The notes: a model not told the origin generated them from the letters alone. DNA of 64,000 nt from Chara braunii (GCA_003427395.1 BFEA01000026.1:198948-262947); one strand, 5' to 3'; counted from the stretch's first letter, positions 51,401 through 63,011 are shown. Program-made: numbers and translations.

Positions 51401-54400
51401 AGAGAGCATAAAAACATTCCCAATTGCCTGGGGCCGGCCAGTTCAATGCTGATATCTGAAGGTCGTCGCCTTTTCAGGAAAAAAAAAAAAAAAAAGAAAG
51501 GGAGAGAGAAAGAAAATCATTGTCAATTGCCTGGCACCGACCAGTTCAATGCTGATGCCTGGCACCGGTCGGTACTATGTTAAAAAAAAAAAAAAAAAAA
51601 AAAACAGCGAGGAAGAAAATCATTGTGAATTGCCTGGCACCGGTCAGTACAATGTTGATGTCTTAATTTAAAAAAATCTATAAAAAAAAAAAAGAGCAGG
51701 GCAAGTCCATGGGAAATTGCGCCTTGGTAACAAGTTGCGTTTTCGTAACCGAAGTGTCGCGTCGGTGAGACGTCGTGGTTTGGTCTGTGGGTTAAAAAGG
51801 GCGAGATAGACCAAAAAAAAAAAAAGGCTGACGAGCAAGAAAAGAAAAATGGGAAAGAAAACATAAAAAAAAAAGTTGTACGACGCCAAAAAGCATCGTA
51901 GACAGTAATCCAAAATTAACTGATATTGTCCTTCAGGACGTCCGTTAAAATTGGAACGGGCCACGGGGGGGGTCATACGGGTAAGCTTGCTTACTCGACC
52001 CCTAAAATGGAACGATCCAGAGAAGAAAGATTAGCATGGCCCTTGCGAAATGGTCGGAAAAAAAAAAGAGAGAGAATTGTTTTAACAGTCATGCGAATCA
52101 AATCACCAACCAATGATCGAAATACAAAAAAAAAAAAAAAACAAGAGAGAAGCTGTCAATCGAAGTTACCTCGTCGGCATATAACATTAAAATACTTGTA
52201 ATGTAAATATATCGTCAATATATATCATCATATGAATATAAGAGCGCAAAAGCGAAAAAAAGAAAAAAGAATGAATTCGTTTTTTTATATCTTATGAAGT
52301 CACATGATATCAGAGCGCCAAAGCGAAAAACAGAGAAAACAAGGAAAACAAGAAAAACTGAATTCGTTTTTAATCTTCTTCCTTACAACTCCCCCCGTTC
52401 AGAACCTCTTGCGTACAAGGCCGCCCACGTATATATCGTCACAAGAATATCAGAGCGCAAATGCGAAAAAAAGAAAAAAGGAGAAAAGGAAACCAGGGAA
52501 AATTGAGTTCAATTTTTTGTCTTCTTCCTCTGTCAATCAAAATTACGTCATACAACAACAACAATAATCATTTTATTAAGCTATAAAGTTTATAAACATG
52601 AAAACGATAGCCGTAAATCCGGCGAAGCGATGAAATTAGAGGGCAAATGGGGCTAAAAGAGGTGTCGCTGAAAACACGCCAGAGAAGTAAAACAGGCGCA
52701 AGGGCTGGAGAAACAAGGGTCGGGCTGCAAATCGGCAAAGAGGGTCAGATTAAGAACAGAAAAAAAAAGAAGGGTGGCTGAAAGGGGTTGGCGAGCAGTA
52801 CGAGACCAGAGAAAGATGTTAACCGGCGGAACACATCTTTAAAAAATTGTAAGGCAAAAATCTATCTAAGAAACTGGGATGAGAAAAACGTGATCAAGGG
52901 CCTCACTCCACCCACGAACATAAGACAATAAAATGGCGATGTACCTTTCCAGGTTTTAGCGGAAGATTCATTCTCATTTTGCACATTTGGTAAGCCGTGG
53001 AGCGAGGCCTTAAGAAACCGACGCAGGAGACGAGGACTCCACTAAACATTTTGCTTATTCGAAATTTGAAAATGGTCAAATCATCTTCACCAGTAAGGGG
53101 AATAATACAAAGATTAACTCGTCACAATAAAATCATACAACATGTCAACGTACTAAAACAGATTAAAATCGTTAAATTAATCAAAATGCTAATAAAAATA
53201 ACAGAACATACTGCTCCAAACTTCACTACTGACCAAAAAAAAAAAAAAAAAAAACTCACTACTGTCACTGTCCAGACCGTGTCACGTTGCCTGCTGTACA
53301 GAACTAATTCGTGAATAAGGCGGACGAGAGATGAATCCACACCGTCAAGGAGACCAGATCCATTCGTGGATATCGATGTACCGTACATGAGATCACAATA
53401 GACGAGGATTATATTGTTATGGGGAAAAGGGAAAAAAAAAACACTAAAAAAAACAACGAAACTTCTTGAAAATTTTCTAAAAAAGGACGAGGATTATATT
53501 GTTATGGGGAAAGGGGAAAAAAAAAGTTAAAACAAACAACGAGAAAGACAAAACTACGCAGAGGAATACCCACACCCTCGATCTGCTGCCCCTCCAGAAT
53601 CCAATCGTTGATTCGCAGAAAAACACTCCAATCTTTTTGCGCGAACACTATAAAACAGGCCTAGATCAGTTTTATTTTTAAATATAATAATATATAATAT
53701 ATAAATGATGATCTGATAATAAATTATACAAGCTCGTAATCTTCGTGCAAACAACGTAAAACATCTCTCTATAACCTTTCTCGGCCTTTTGGTTAAGTAA
53801 GATCAAGTGTAGTATCTGTTCTTCTGATCAGTTTAATATCTGATCCGCGGTCTATCGGGCCACAAAACCAAAAATATATATATGTATATCATTTACTTTC
53901 ACATATAATATATAAAGATAATCTGATGATAATTTTCATTTTTTTTCCAGCAATAATGAATTATAAAATATCGTAGATCACTTACTTTCACATATAATAT
54001 ATAAAAATAAATACGTCTGATAATAAATTATAAAAGGTCCAAAACTTCGTGCATACACCGTAAAACACCCCCAGATCATGTACTTTCATATATACTAATA
54101 TAGAAAATTGTAAAATTATAATTGATAACCTGATAATAAGGAATTATCCGTACATTATTATTTTACATACCTCTTTGGCCATTTAAAAATTTGACGCTTC
54201 TGGGCGGAATTTTGACGTTTTTTTAACCGAAATCGTCAGGGTCTTCCCAGATTCGCGCCAGTAGGACCTGACGATTTCGCTTCAAAAATCGCCGAAATTC
54301 CAGCCAGAAAGCGAGTACTAATAATGACAAAAAATACTAGACCCCAGAAATCTTAACCACAAAGAATATCCGTTGAGCCTCACAAAAGTGAATTAATAGC

Positions 54401-55012
54401 AAATTTTAAAATTAAACAAAACGGATTAAAAGAAACGTTCAGATCATATAAGCCGAAGGACAAAACAAAGATCAGTCTTCTTTCATAATGTAAAATGTTT
54501 TCACTTGCTCGCTCACGCAAGTCGAATGAATGTTCTTTTCTCTCTTTTCAGCGGACTCGTTCTTCTTTTTCTATTGCAAAGAAGTTGACGAGAGAGGCCA
54601 ATGCAAGAACAGACTTCAACTATTTTCGTCCAACAAACTAGACAATAGACAAAGCGGCGCCAGTGCATCTTTTTTGCTATTTTCAAGCCAATTTTCCGGT
54701 CAAAAATATATTGTCGCACCGTGTATCGGAGCGCAAAAAGGCGAAAAAAGACAAAACAAAAAAGGAAAGGAAAAAAGCTCCGCCTGTTCTTACGTACAAG
54801 AGCCGGCCACGTGGATGATATATATGTACATTCATGTAATACAACGCCCCGTTCACTTCAGAGGGAAGATTGTCCATCAGGGCGCATAGGAAGAAACCGA
54901 CGAAGGAGAGAACAGGAGGTCGGGACATGACTGCAGCTGAAGGACATAATCACCGCTACGCCACAGCACTTAATCACAACCTAATCGGACTGCCCATCAT
55001 GGAGCTGATCGA

Positions 55013-55050
<38 letters not shown>

Positions 55051-56597
55051 CTATCTACCTATCTACGTCTCTCTCTCTCTCTCTCTCTTGGCGATAACGA
55101 TCGGCGACACCGAGGATGATAAACTGTCATTTCATGTACAGATGGCAGCACGATGTTACGCACGCATCAAGATTGCCACCTCATACAACAAAGATACCGA
55201 CAAACGAGATAATCGCATATGATCATCACGGCTTCGTGGGGAACTTACGTACGTGACAGAAGTATCACCGGTTTTATCGATGAAGTATCACCCCGATCTC
55301 GCCTCTACCGGAATGGAATGAAGACAAAGATCGAAACTGAACACGCAAGTAGCAAGACAACCCGACACGTCAGAATTGCCGTATCTTTCGAAAACCGAAT
55401 CTCATACACGAGGAGCCCACTACCAGCGGCGCGGCGCGATGTCATGCCTGCAGATCGTTCATCGTTTATTTTTCTGACCAAAGATGCCGTGCCGCTGTCT
55501 GGCAAAAGACAAAAGGACTCGGCGCGCATAGATATTTCAAAAGGGGGGGATGGAGTTTCGCGGTCAGATCAATCAGTAATGGTATCATTAAAAAGTAGAA
55601 ACAGCAAAGACAATGATGAGCACGAAATGGGTGATTGTGGATTCGTTTAAAGAAGACGACGGCGCTGATCCCAAATCGTCATACAAGTCCAAGGCGCACA
55701 CGTGATACGACCCTATTGCAGTAATTATTAGCCTGCATGGCGGTTACTATGACCAATTAGAGAGGGATAAAAGCATATGGTCTACAAACCCAGCCAAGTT
55801 CATCGAGCATGGACAACTCAAAACCCAGTGTCAAGCCATAATTCTCCCCCAATGATACTACCAACGAGTCGTTTGACTGGAGCGAAATCGAGTTACGTGA
55901 AGGCAGAAAGCGCGCGCAGAACGAGGGAGAAGGGAGGGGATTACTAATAAGAGGCGATTTACGTGTAGAGAGAGAGAGAGAGAGAGAGAAGGAATCGACG
56001 TGATAGACGCGCGGACGATTCACGGGTAGAGATGATAATCAAGAGAAAGAAGATATACATGCACCGAGATGGAGAGAGTAGGAAGGACTACGAGAGGGAG
56101 GAGGATCAGGAAGTGGACTAGACAAAGATGAACGGTGGGGGGAAGGTAAATTAAAGCGGAAAGCCATTGGCGAGAAGAACACCTGTGAGATCGATGGCGC
56201 GCAATCATCGACGGCGCTCGAACGGTAACGATCGATCGATTGATTGATTGATTGACTAACGAGTCAAAAGAAACCAAAGCAATGAAAGAAGGGGATGGAT
56301 GGTATATAATCCATGATCGCCGACGATGCGACAGTATATTCTCAGACATCGCTGATCGACAGCATAATAATGACCATCAGAATCTATAAGATAAGATAAT
56401 ATAGCAATAATTCACAGCCAATCACGATCAAATCTCGAGGTCACGTTTTAGAGCGAACATATACAACAGAGACGGAATCGATGGCGGTGAGCGCGAGCAT
56501 CGCGTCTTGAGCGCGGTGATTTACGATAACCAGTTTCCAGTGACCGTCTTAGAGATTAAGCGCCAACTAAGAGGAGTCGATGACCTCTTCCCGATTC

Positions 56598-56643
<46 letters not shown>

Positions 56644-56864
56644 CTGTGTGTGTCTGTGTGTAAGTATCCGTGACTGTCTCGCCCGCTGTCTCTTCTTTTA
56701 GCCTGTCTTCGACACACGAAGGCAGGCCGCGCACCGTCCTCGAAAACACCGAATCTTGATCTTTTCGGATTGACTCCCCCCACCCTCTCCCTCTCATCTC
56801 TCCCAAGGGAGGTGGTCGAACTCAGCATCTTCCCCCATCCTTCCTCTCGTTTCCTTCTCTCCGA

Positions 56865-56937
<73 letters not shown>

Positions 56938-57660
56938 ACCCTTGCCAAGAAGGTCGAAGCTTCCAAAGAAACCAACGGCATGATTGATAGTGACCTGGTC
57001 AAGGTCACAGAACGTCTGCCACTGCTCCGCGGATCCACTGTCTTCGTGCGATCACCGTTCCCCGAGAAGGTATCAAAGACACGTAACTCCTCATCGAGGA
57101 GCATGAGGACGGTAGGCGAGTGACGTTCAGAGAATCATGTAAATCCCCGAATCCTCTCCCAAAATAAAGTTGACTTACCCGGGCAGCTTCGCAGCATTTG
57201 GAATTGGTTGGTATTTCTCAGTACCAATCCTAACGAAAGGAGGACAATCAACGAAACAGTATAGACTCAACGAAACAGACATTCAAGGGAAAAACTTCGC
57301 CTTACTCGTAAAGAGGGAGAGGGAGAGGGAGAGAGACGGAGAGAGACGGAGAGGGGGAGAGAGGGAGGAAAAGGGAGAGGGAAAGGGAGAGGGAAAGGGA
57401 GAGAGAGACAAAGATGGTTGACCATTCACAGACAACATTACTGGGAGCGCGGGACGCCCATCGCGAGCATTGAAAATAAAAAAGGATACTTCTTCTGCGT
57501 CGTTTTCGCCGACGTCGTTGTCACCGTGGCGACCTTAATTGCGCCCTTTGATTCCTCTCCCGGATCTGCCGATGAAGGCTCATTCGTAGGCTCGACAGCC
57601 ATGTCCACCAAGATCGCACGAAGGCCGACAACCCTTGACCGGTCCCCTGCCTTCCTCCGT

Positions 57661-57729
<69 letters not shown>

Positions 57730-60247
57730 CCCGCAGTGACCGAGTTATCGGCAACTTCCTGCTGTCAGGTTCGGCGATTGACGAGCGGAGACCTGCAGAG
57801 ATGACTGGCGACGCTCCTCCTTCCTCTCGTTCCTTTTCCGCTCCCCTCCCCACACCACCTCCTCTCCGCCGTCCCGTACCCGACCTGGAAAGCTCGCCCC
57901 CACCTGGAAACCTTCCTTCCCGCCCTTTTCCTTCCACCTTTCGCTTCCGCTTCCGCGCTGCGCCTTCCCACCTTCCGCTTCCGCTTCCGCGCTGCGCCCT
58001 CCCGCCTTCCGCTCCAGCGCACCCTGCTTCTCGACACGGGAGTTGATTGATCTGATTACCGATCTTCCAAGTAGAGCTAATTGATAAACAAATAGGTTCA
58101 GGGCTGCTGCTGGCGCTGCTGTTGAAAACGGCAATATCGGGAATATAACGCTCTGGTGCCGCGTAGGGGAGGGTACTGAGGGGAGGCGAGGAAGAAGGGA
58201 GGGCGGGGGGTTACAGACACGACTCACACAAAAGGGATTGGGGGAGGAGAGGGAATTTTGGCGGGTGATGACGCAAATCAAAGCGGGATACCGACGTGAT
58301 GGACGAGACTCAACATCATCATACCCCTACAAGCACACAATTTACATGGCAACGAACAGTCAATCACTCGATCATCAATCAATTGATCAAATCAATCAAT
58401 AGAGTAATCGATCGATCGACCATCCCTGCAATCAATCAATATTCACTGAACCAATCAATCAATCAACTAATCAATCAATCAACCAACCCACCAATCAATC
58501 CAATCGATTCGTCGACGCGACTATGTACAAAAATTAATCCATAGACCGGGCCCGGTCGAGCACGGTGCTCAACAAGTATGAAAAAAGAGAAAACAAAAAC
58601 AACCACATCCAAAAAAAAAAAACGCGAACAGCCAAAGAGCAATTTTGGCAGCACCTCTGATTAGTCACCTACTCTATACCCTTCTCTCCCTAACCTTCCC
58701 ACCCACCCACCCACCCACCTCCCTCCCTCCCACCCACCCAATAGAGAACTACTGAAAGTATCTCTCCTCTCCCTTCCTAATACGGCAAAGACCCAATCAA
58801 CCAATCCACATCGCTACATCGACGACAGGTCCTACCACAAACATGATCACTCCTCCCACATTCACATATATATTCCTAATCGGTTTCCTATTTATACTCC
58901 CCTTCATATCAATATATATAACTACGTGTATATAATACTCCTCGAAATATACCTATATTTATGTCAAATTCCCAACCACAACAGGGAAATATCGGAGCGA
59001 GATTCAAGCGCAATCCAAACCACTCCACCAAGAGGCAACATACTGCATTGAGAGAGACCGAAGAATATAAACGGGCGAGAACAAAGGGTTAACCATTCCG
59101 AGAAATAGACGCCAAGTTCGAGAGAGACAGATATGCAGAAACGAGAAACGTATCTAATACCATATATAATTATATATAGATATCTATATCATCAACCTAT
59201 ATATGCATCTACTCATCTATATATGTACTACCTATATACCTATATGCCTATATATCTATATATACTTATATACCTATATATACCTATGTATGCACTCCCT
59301 TCTAGCTCTAACACTGAGCGTATCACTAAGAGCGTGCTGCTGCTGGCTGCTGCTTCTACTACGACTACACTAATACGCCCTACTACCGGTAGTCATATAT
59401 AGTATTATATTCTTAATATTATTATTGCTCAGTAATTAGCCAAGACTCAGTACTGTTATTAATACTGTTAACATTGTTATTACTCAGTAATTCCCTAGTA
59501 ATCAGTAAAGACACAGGTCTAAGTAGTAGTCAGTAATTCAGCCAGTTTCATTTCAATGAACGGTGATGAAATGAAATCGAACTAGAACACCTCAACCCCT
59601 CGAACAACAGCTGGTTAAGTCCCCGAGACGGTGAGTGGAGAGACTTGACCAAGACTCCAAAGCGATTGGAAAAGGATCTTCAAATGGCAAGACGAAAACC
59701 CCGAGACCCAAGCAACTTACTGCTGTGAGGAGGAGCTCCTGCTGAAGACAGGAGAAGTCGACGTGACGAGACGGGGCAGCAGGAAGCCCAGTTGCGGCCG
59801 GCAAACCCCACAAGCCCAGGTCCGAGTCCCTATAATCGAGGACAAGAATGAGCTTAACAGGAGAGACAGGAGGAGTGCAGGGATGATAGAATCGAGGAAG
59901 GCGGGAGACAAATCAATCGGAAAGAAGGAGAGGAGATGAGCGACTAGGAAAGAAAATACATAGATTTATAAAGGGATAGATATATAGTTAGGTGCAGATA
60001 GAGGAGGGTACGAGGAGAGAGGAGGGGAGGAAAGAGGGGCGGGAAGGAGACGATGGATAGAGGAAAACAAGGGTAGGGCTAGGAGGCGGCAGGGGGGATT
60101 ACTCCGCTGGAGTCAAGGATCTCTAGCCTATAGTTACCTTTCTGGGTTCAGTAGCGCAACTAAGGGTTGGAAAAAGTTTCTAAGATGTTTAGAAGAAGAG
60201 GAGGAAGGGGGGGGGGAGATCGAGGATTTGGGGGGGGGGGTGTGGGT

Positions 60248-60286
<39 letters not shown>

Positions 60287-60489
60287 ACGAAGAGGAAGAA
60301 GAGGGAAAGGGAACGGGAGAGCGCGCGTATGCGTGCGTTCGCAGGGAAGCAGACGTAGACAAATCCAAATACGATGACGATGAGCGTAATCTGTCGAGCC
60401 CTGACCTGTGCCCAACCTGCTCCAGACCTGTTCCTGAAGGACGATCCGAAGCCGCGCCAAAGTTCCTCGTTCGTCGCCGGCTCAGCACC

Positions 60490-60523
<34 letters not shown>

Positions 60524-60563
60524 GTCAACCCACCCGCAACGAGTGATGACGATCTCCAGCCAT
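27557..60563 (-). CDS. CBE1: CBE1-like (Conserved Binding of eIF4E 1, At4g01290 family) eIF4E-binding protein, multi-exon, ~1755 aa
   Basis: Hand-built GT-AG model with continuous phase, exons in transcript order: 60534-60563 (ATG), 60406-60433, 60138-60159, 59721-59741, 57179-57229, 48608-48703, 47160-47342, 42760-43190, 40969-41168, 39473-39569, 37616-37944, 35465-36064, 31883-32012, 27557-30606; total 5268 nt. Motifs appear in CBE1 order: [30 protein letters not shown]...[39 protein letters not shown]. The first five exons and the 31883/30606 junction are less certain. Confidence 0.8.
31591..31688 (+). pseudogene. U6: Degenerate U6 snRNA copy
   Basis: GGACATCC.TAAAACTGGAACAATACAGAG.GGATTGACATGGCCCCTGCGCA...ACACACAAATCAACAAATGGTCCAAA, followed by A-rich sequence. 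Confidence 0.8.
31883..32012 (-). CDS. CBE1: Internal exon of the CBE1-like gene
   Basis: tttatgcag|GCT acceptor and TCA A|gtaaat donor; 130 nt, phase 0->1; encodes [12 protein letters not shown]...RRTNS. Confidence 0.6.
34549..35354. mobile_element. hAT-type MITE in a CBE1 intron
   Basis: Perfect 15-bp TIR CATACTTGCGGCGCA / TGCGCCGCAAGTATG; perfect 8-bp TSD CTATAGAG at 34541-34548 and 35355-35362; three internal tandem units. Confidence 0.88.
35465..36064 (-). CDS. CBE1: Internal exon of the CBE1-like gene
   Basis: ttccacag|GTT acceptor and AAG|gtgtgg donor; 600 nt, open; Ser-rich, includes SLLDKLF. Confidence 0.78.
37616..37944 (-). CDS. CBE1: Internal exon of the CBE1-like gene (EFEQMR, VPPGF)
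   Basis: ctgcag| acceptor and CCG|gtatgg donor; phase 1->0. Confidence 0.82.
39473..39569 (-). CDS. CBE1: Internal exon of the CBE1-like gene (NDETFGS...ELERKRR)
   Basis: tctctctcag| acceptor and G|gtgagc donor; 97 nt; carries a conserved CBE1 motif. Confidence 0.87.
40969..41168 (-). CDS. CBE1: Internal exon of the CBE1-like gene (HSDGLLG, RG-rich)
   Basis: tttgtgcag| acceptor and AAG|gtttga donor; 200 nt, phase 1->0. Confidence 0.83.
42760..43190 (-). CDS. CBE1: Internal exon of the CBE1-like gene (G/R/W-rich)
   Basis: ccgtgcag|C acceptor and CAG|gtaagc donor; 431 nt, phase 2->1, open. Confidence 0.82.
44810..45178. mobile_element. Probable decayed MITE
   Basis: Imperfect TIR CATGGCTACG / CGCACCCATG; subterminal TCC(G/A)GA repeats at both ends; A-rich core. 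Confidence 0.4.
45705..45802 (+). pseudogene. U6: Near-full-length U6 snRNA copy, probably a retro-pseudogene
   Basis: GTCCTTTGGGAC...AAAATTGGAACGATACGGAGAAGATTGGCATGGCCCCTGCGCAAGGATGACACTCATAAATCGAGAAATGGTCCAAATT. The ACAGAGA box reads ACGGAGA and the AGC triad reads GGC. No oligo-T terminator; 3' flank is A-rich. Confidence 0.88.
47160..47342 (-). CDS. CBE1: Internal exon of the CBE1-like gene (Gly-rich)
   Basis: ttctttggcag| acceptor and AA|gtatga donor; 183 nt, phase 2->2. Confidence 0.75.
48608..48703 (-). CDS. CBE1: Exon encoding the eIF4E-binding motif ([31 protein letters not shown])
   Basis: ggcag| acceptor and GAG|gtgagt donor; 96 nt; canonical YxxxxL-phi motif followed by the CBE1-type C-K-x-x-P. 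Confidence 0.85.
49005..49160. repeat. Three ~45-bp tandem units each containing AGCCAATCA
   Basis: CCCCAATTCAT(T/G)AGCCAATCACCG.GCCACCACACAG occurs three times. Confidence 0.8.
49414..49800 (-). mobile_element. Related element sharing the same 3' end, with three ~80-bp tandem units
   Basis: 3' end TTTGCCAACGGCTGACCGGGCAGCTCTGTATGAC followed by AT-rich sequence; units at ~49540-49773 contain C(T/G)GATGAGTGTGAGCAC. Confidence 0.45.
50967..51004. other. Nextera mate-pair junction adapter (Tn5 mosaic ends); assembly artefact
   Basis: Exact CTGTCTCTTATACACATCT+AGATGTGTATAAGAGACAG flanked by a 9-bp duplication GTACTATAC. Confidence 0.97.
51928..52067 (+). pseudogene. U6: Rearranged U6 snRNA copy with a 44-nt insertion, an internal deletion and an A10 tail
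   Basis: GTCCTTCAGGACGTCCGTTAAAATTGGAACG-[insert]-TAAAATGGAACGATCCAGAGAAGAAAGATTAGCATGGCCCTTGCG/AAATGGTC-A10. Confidence 0.78.
53771..53864 (+). pseudogene. U2: U2 snRNA 5' fragment (3'-truncated, no Sm site)
   Basis: ATAACCTTTCTCGGCCTTTTGGTTAAGTAAGATCAAGTGTAGTATCTGTTCTTCTGATCAGTTTAATATCTGAT..., including the branch-point recognition sequence GTAGTA; small insertions; A-rich 3' flank. Confidence 0.85.
57179..60563 (-). CDS. CBE1: Five N-terminal micro-exons of the CBE1-like gene (30 coding nt, 28, 22, 21, 51 nt)
   Basis: Each has a pyrimidine-rich AG acceptor and a GT donor. Phases chain 0,1,2,2,2 without a stop, giving [51 protein letters not shown] into the YSREVLL exon. Confidence 0.6.
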
Positions 60564-61399
60564 ATTCTCTTCCCTCTTTCAGACCCGACTCGACGCACTT
60601 CACTGCCGGACAAACAAACATCCGCACGCGAACAACAGTGCGGCACGCTCTCTACAGACCAGCGCGCAGCGGCACACTCCCCCCCTAGAACGCGCAGCAG
60701 ACCAAACCACTCCTCCCAACTCCCAACAATTCCACCCTCCTCCCCTGCCCAGAGGGAAAACGCAACGAAAACCAAGTACAGCACAAGTACTACTACCACT
60801 ACGACTACTGCTACTGCTGCCAAACCTGGACCTCGGGCAGCGCGAGCCCTCACCGAGCCAAGCAACGCCTGGCCGAGCCTATGGTCGGTCGTAAAGTCAA
60901 GCGGAACAAAGCGAAGGAAAGGCAAATCAATCCAAGCAGCACGACGCGCAGCGGTTGGCGAGCAAGCAGGCAGTTGAGTTGGACCAGGGACTCAGAAGAA
61001 CAGAAGCAGATCTATCTAGGACGAAAGACGCGCAGCTCTGGAGGGACGGTGATGACGACGACGACCACGCAGGATGAGGAGAGGAGATCCCGCCCTACTT
61101 CAGCTCGCTGATGAACACGAGTTTTTTCTTCTTTTTTTTTTCCCCTGATCAGTCTAGAGGCAGGGACGAGCAAAACCCCAGACAGGAGAGGTACAGAAGA
61201 GAAAGAGTAGGGAGAAACGAAAGTAGCAAGTATCCCGCAGCAAAGTGAAGGAAAGGAACGGAAAGGGAACGAAACCAGGCAAAACAGGCACACACAAACA
61301 CGAAAACGGAGCAGAGGGAATGACCACGCTGTGGCTTGGGACATGACGGACAACACGACTTCGGGTGATTCCAAGGCTCTTGACTTACTACCGCCGTAC

Positions 61400-61462
61400 T
61401 CAGAGGAGGGGAGGTGGTGGAAGGCCGACTTGGCGCCAAAGATCGGCACAGCCGAGGCACAT
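61400..61462 (-). promoter_or_regulatory. Candidate uORF (MCLGCADLWRQVGLPPPPLL*) in a putative 5'-UTR exon
   Basis: ATG at 61462 follows a GA-rich leader, TGA at 61402-61400, and a perfect donor GTAAGT starts at 61388. It could splice to the ggcag| acceptor at 60602, upstream of the main ATG. Confidence 0.4.
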
Positions 61463-62221
61463 TGCTTTCCCTCTCCCTCTCCCTCTCCCTCTCCTCCTCC
61501 CTCAGCCCCACGGCTTACTCCGGGCGACCTACAGGTAGCCCAGTTGGTCTAACGAACCTGGTCGCAAAAGTGGCCAGGCACGTACTACGGTAGCTTAGCA
61601 CAAGCATAGCACGCGGAAGGGCCTGGACCTCAGTCTTGGCTAGGTACCAGGTACTACAATAGCCCCGACCGCCCTCGGAAACGCCGGTGCGAACAGGATC
61701 CCCCCGCCAGCAAGCGACCAACCTCTGGGACGAACCAGCCGCGGCTAGCGGACCTAACAGCCGAGCCTCTCGAACCAGAGCCATTGACTGTTCTGGAGCT
61801 AGGGCGACCGTTGATTCAACCGAGGCTTGCGCGGTTGCCCGCCCGCTTCACACCCCTCCCTCATGCACACGTGGCTCCCAGACTGAACGAGGCGGCATAG
61901 AGACTTGCAAACAGTGGTGGTCCGCTTCGGACACCTATTTTTCCCACTTTTCTCTCCTGACCCTGTCCGCTACAAGAGAGAACCTGCTCAATAGCGATAG
62001 CCTTCGGAGCAAGCATACCCCCAGGAAACTCGATATTGCATCGGTAGCCCGCCTGGAACGTATCTGGACAGATCTAACATGGTAACGCACGGTCTGTACA
62101 TCTACATACATCCACACGCTATTTGTTGGGTATACCTAGAAGGGGGCCAGGAGGCAATGTCGAATGGCATTGGGTGTAATTGTAATTCACTCTGGGGCTG
62201 AAAACATCTCACAATTCAATA

Positions 62222-62483
62222 TTGACTTACTGTGAGGGCACGGGTGCGCAGCCCGTAGTTCGTTTGTTGATGTGGTTCGGGAAGGGTAAGGTAAAGATTA
62301 TGCTGTATGTATGTTTTGTCATGTTCGCTATACACAACTCGAAGAGAGTGTGTGTGGGGTCCCGGTTGGTGCTTTATTCACGATGTTATGGGACGCTGGA
62401 CCCAGTTTCCAGCAGGTGGCGCTCCCCATCCATAGACAGGAGAATGTGTGTGCGTGTGTATGTGAGTGTGAGTGTGAGTGTGA

Positions 62484-62518
<35 letters not shown>

Positions 62519-62591
62519 TGTGCGTGCATGTGTGCGTGCACGTGTGTGTGTGTATGTGTGTGGGTGGGTGGGTGGGTGGGTGTGGGTGTGG

Positions 62592-62643
<52 letters not shown>

Positions 62644-63011
62644 CCTGCAACATGCAGCATGTCAGTGGCGAGGAGCACAAGGGCAGGCGCTAACCTCAAA
62701 AAAAAAAGTAGTAATTGTATTCTTTTCGAAATCCGAATAGAAAGGGTACACGTTGTATTCGAATACAACGCGTACGATTGCTATGCGAGGTACTGTGCTA
62801 TTCGAGAAAAGTGCACCCACACCGTTTCAATTTTTCGAAAAAGGCTCGGCCTCCTCGGCCTCCTACGGGCAGCTACCGGTCCTATGTGGTCCTGGCCCTT
62901 GCAAGGCCCCAAAACCTCAAAATTCCCACCGTCCGAACGACCACGACGTTGAAATTTGATTGACGTTGAAATCTCTCAGGGGGGGAAAACGCAACCCTGA
63001 CGGGATGCGAA
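62222..63011 (-). mobile_element. Same TSD-less asymmetric-IR element, copy 2
   Basis: Same TTGACTTAC...GCGAA ends and same A|CAC flanks as copy 1; (TG)n/(GA)n core; perfect palindrome CGTTGTATTCGAATACAACG at 62751-62770. Confidence 0.75.
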
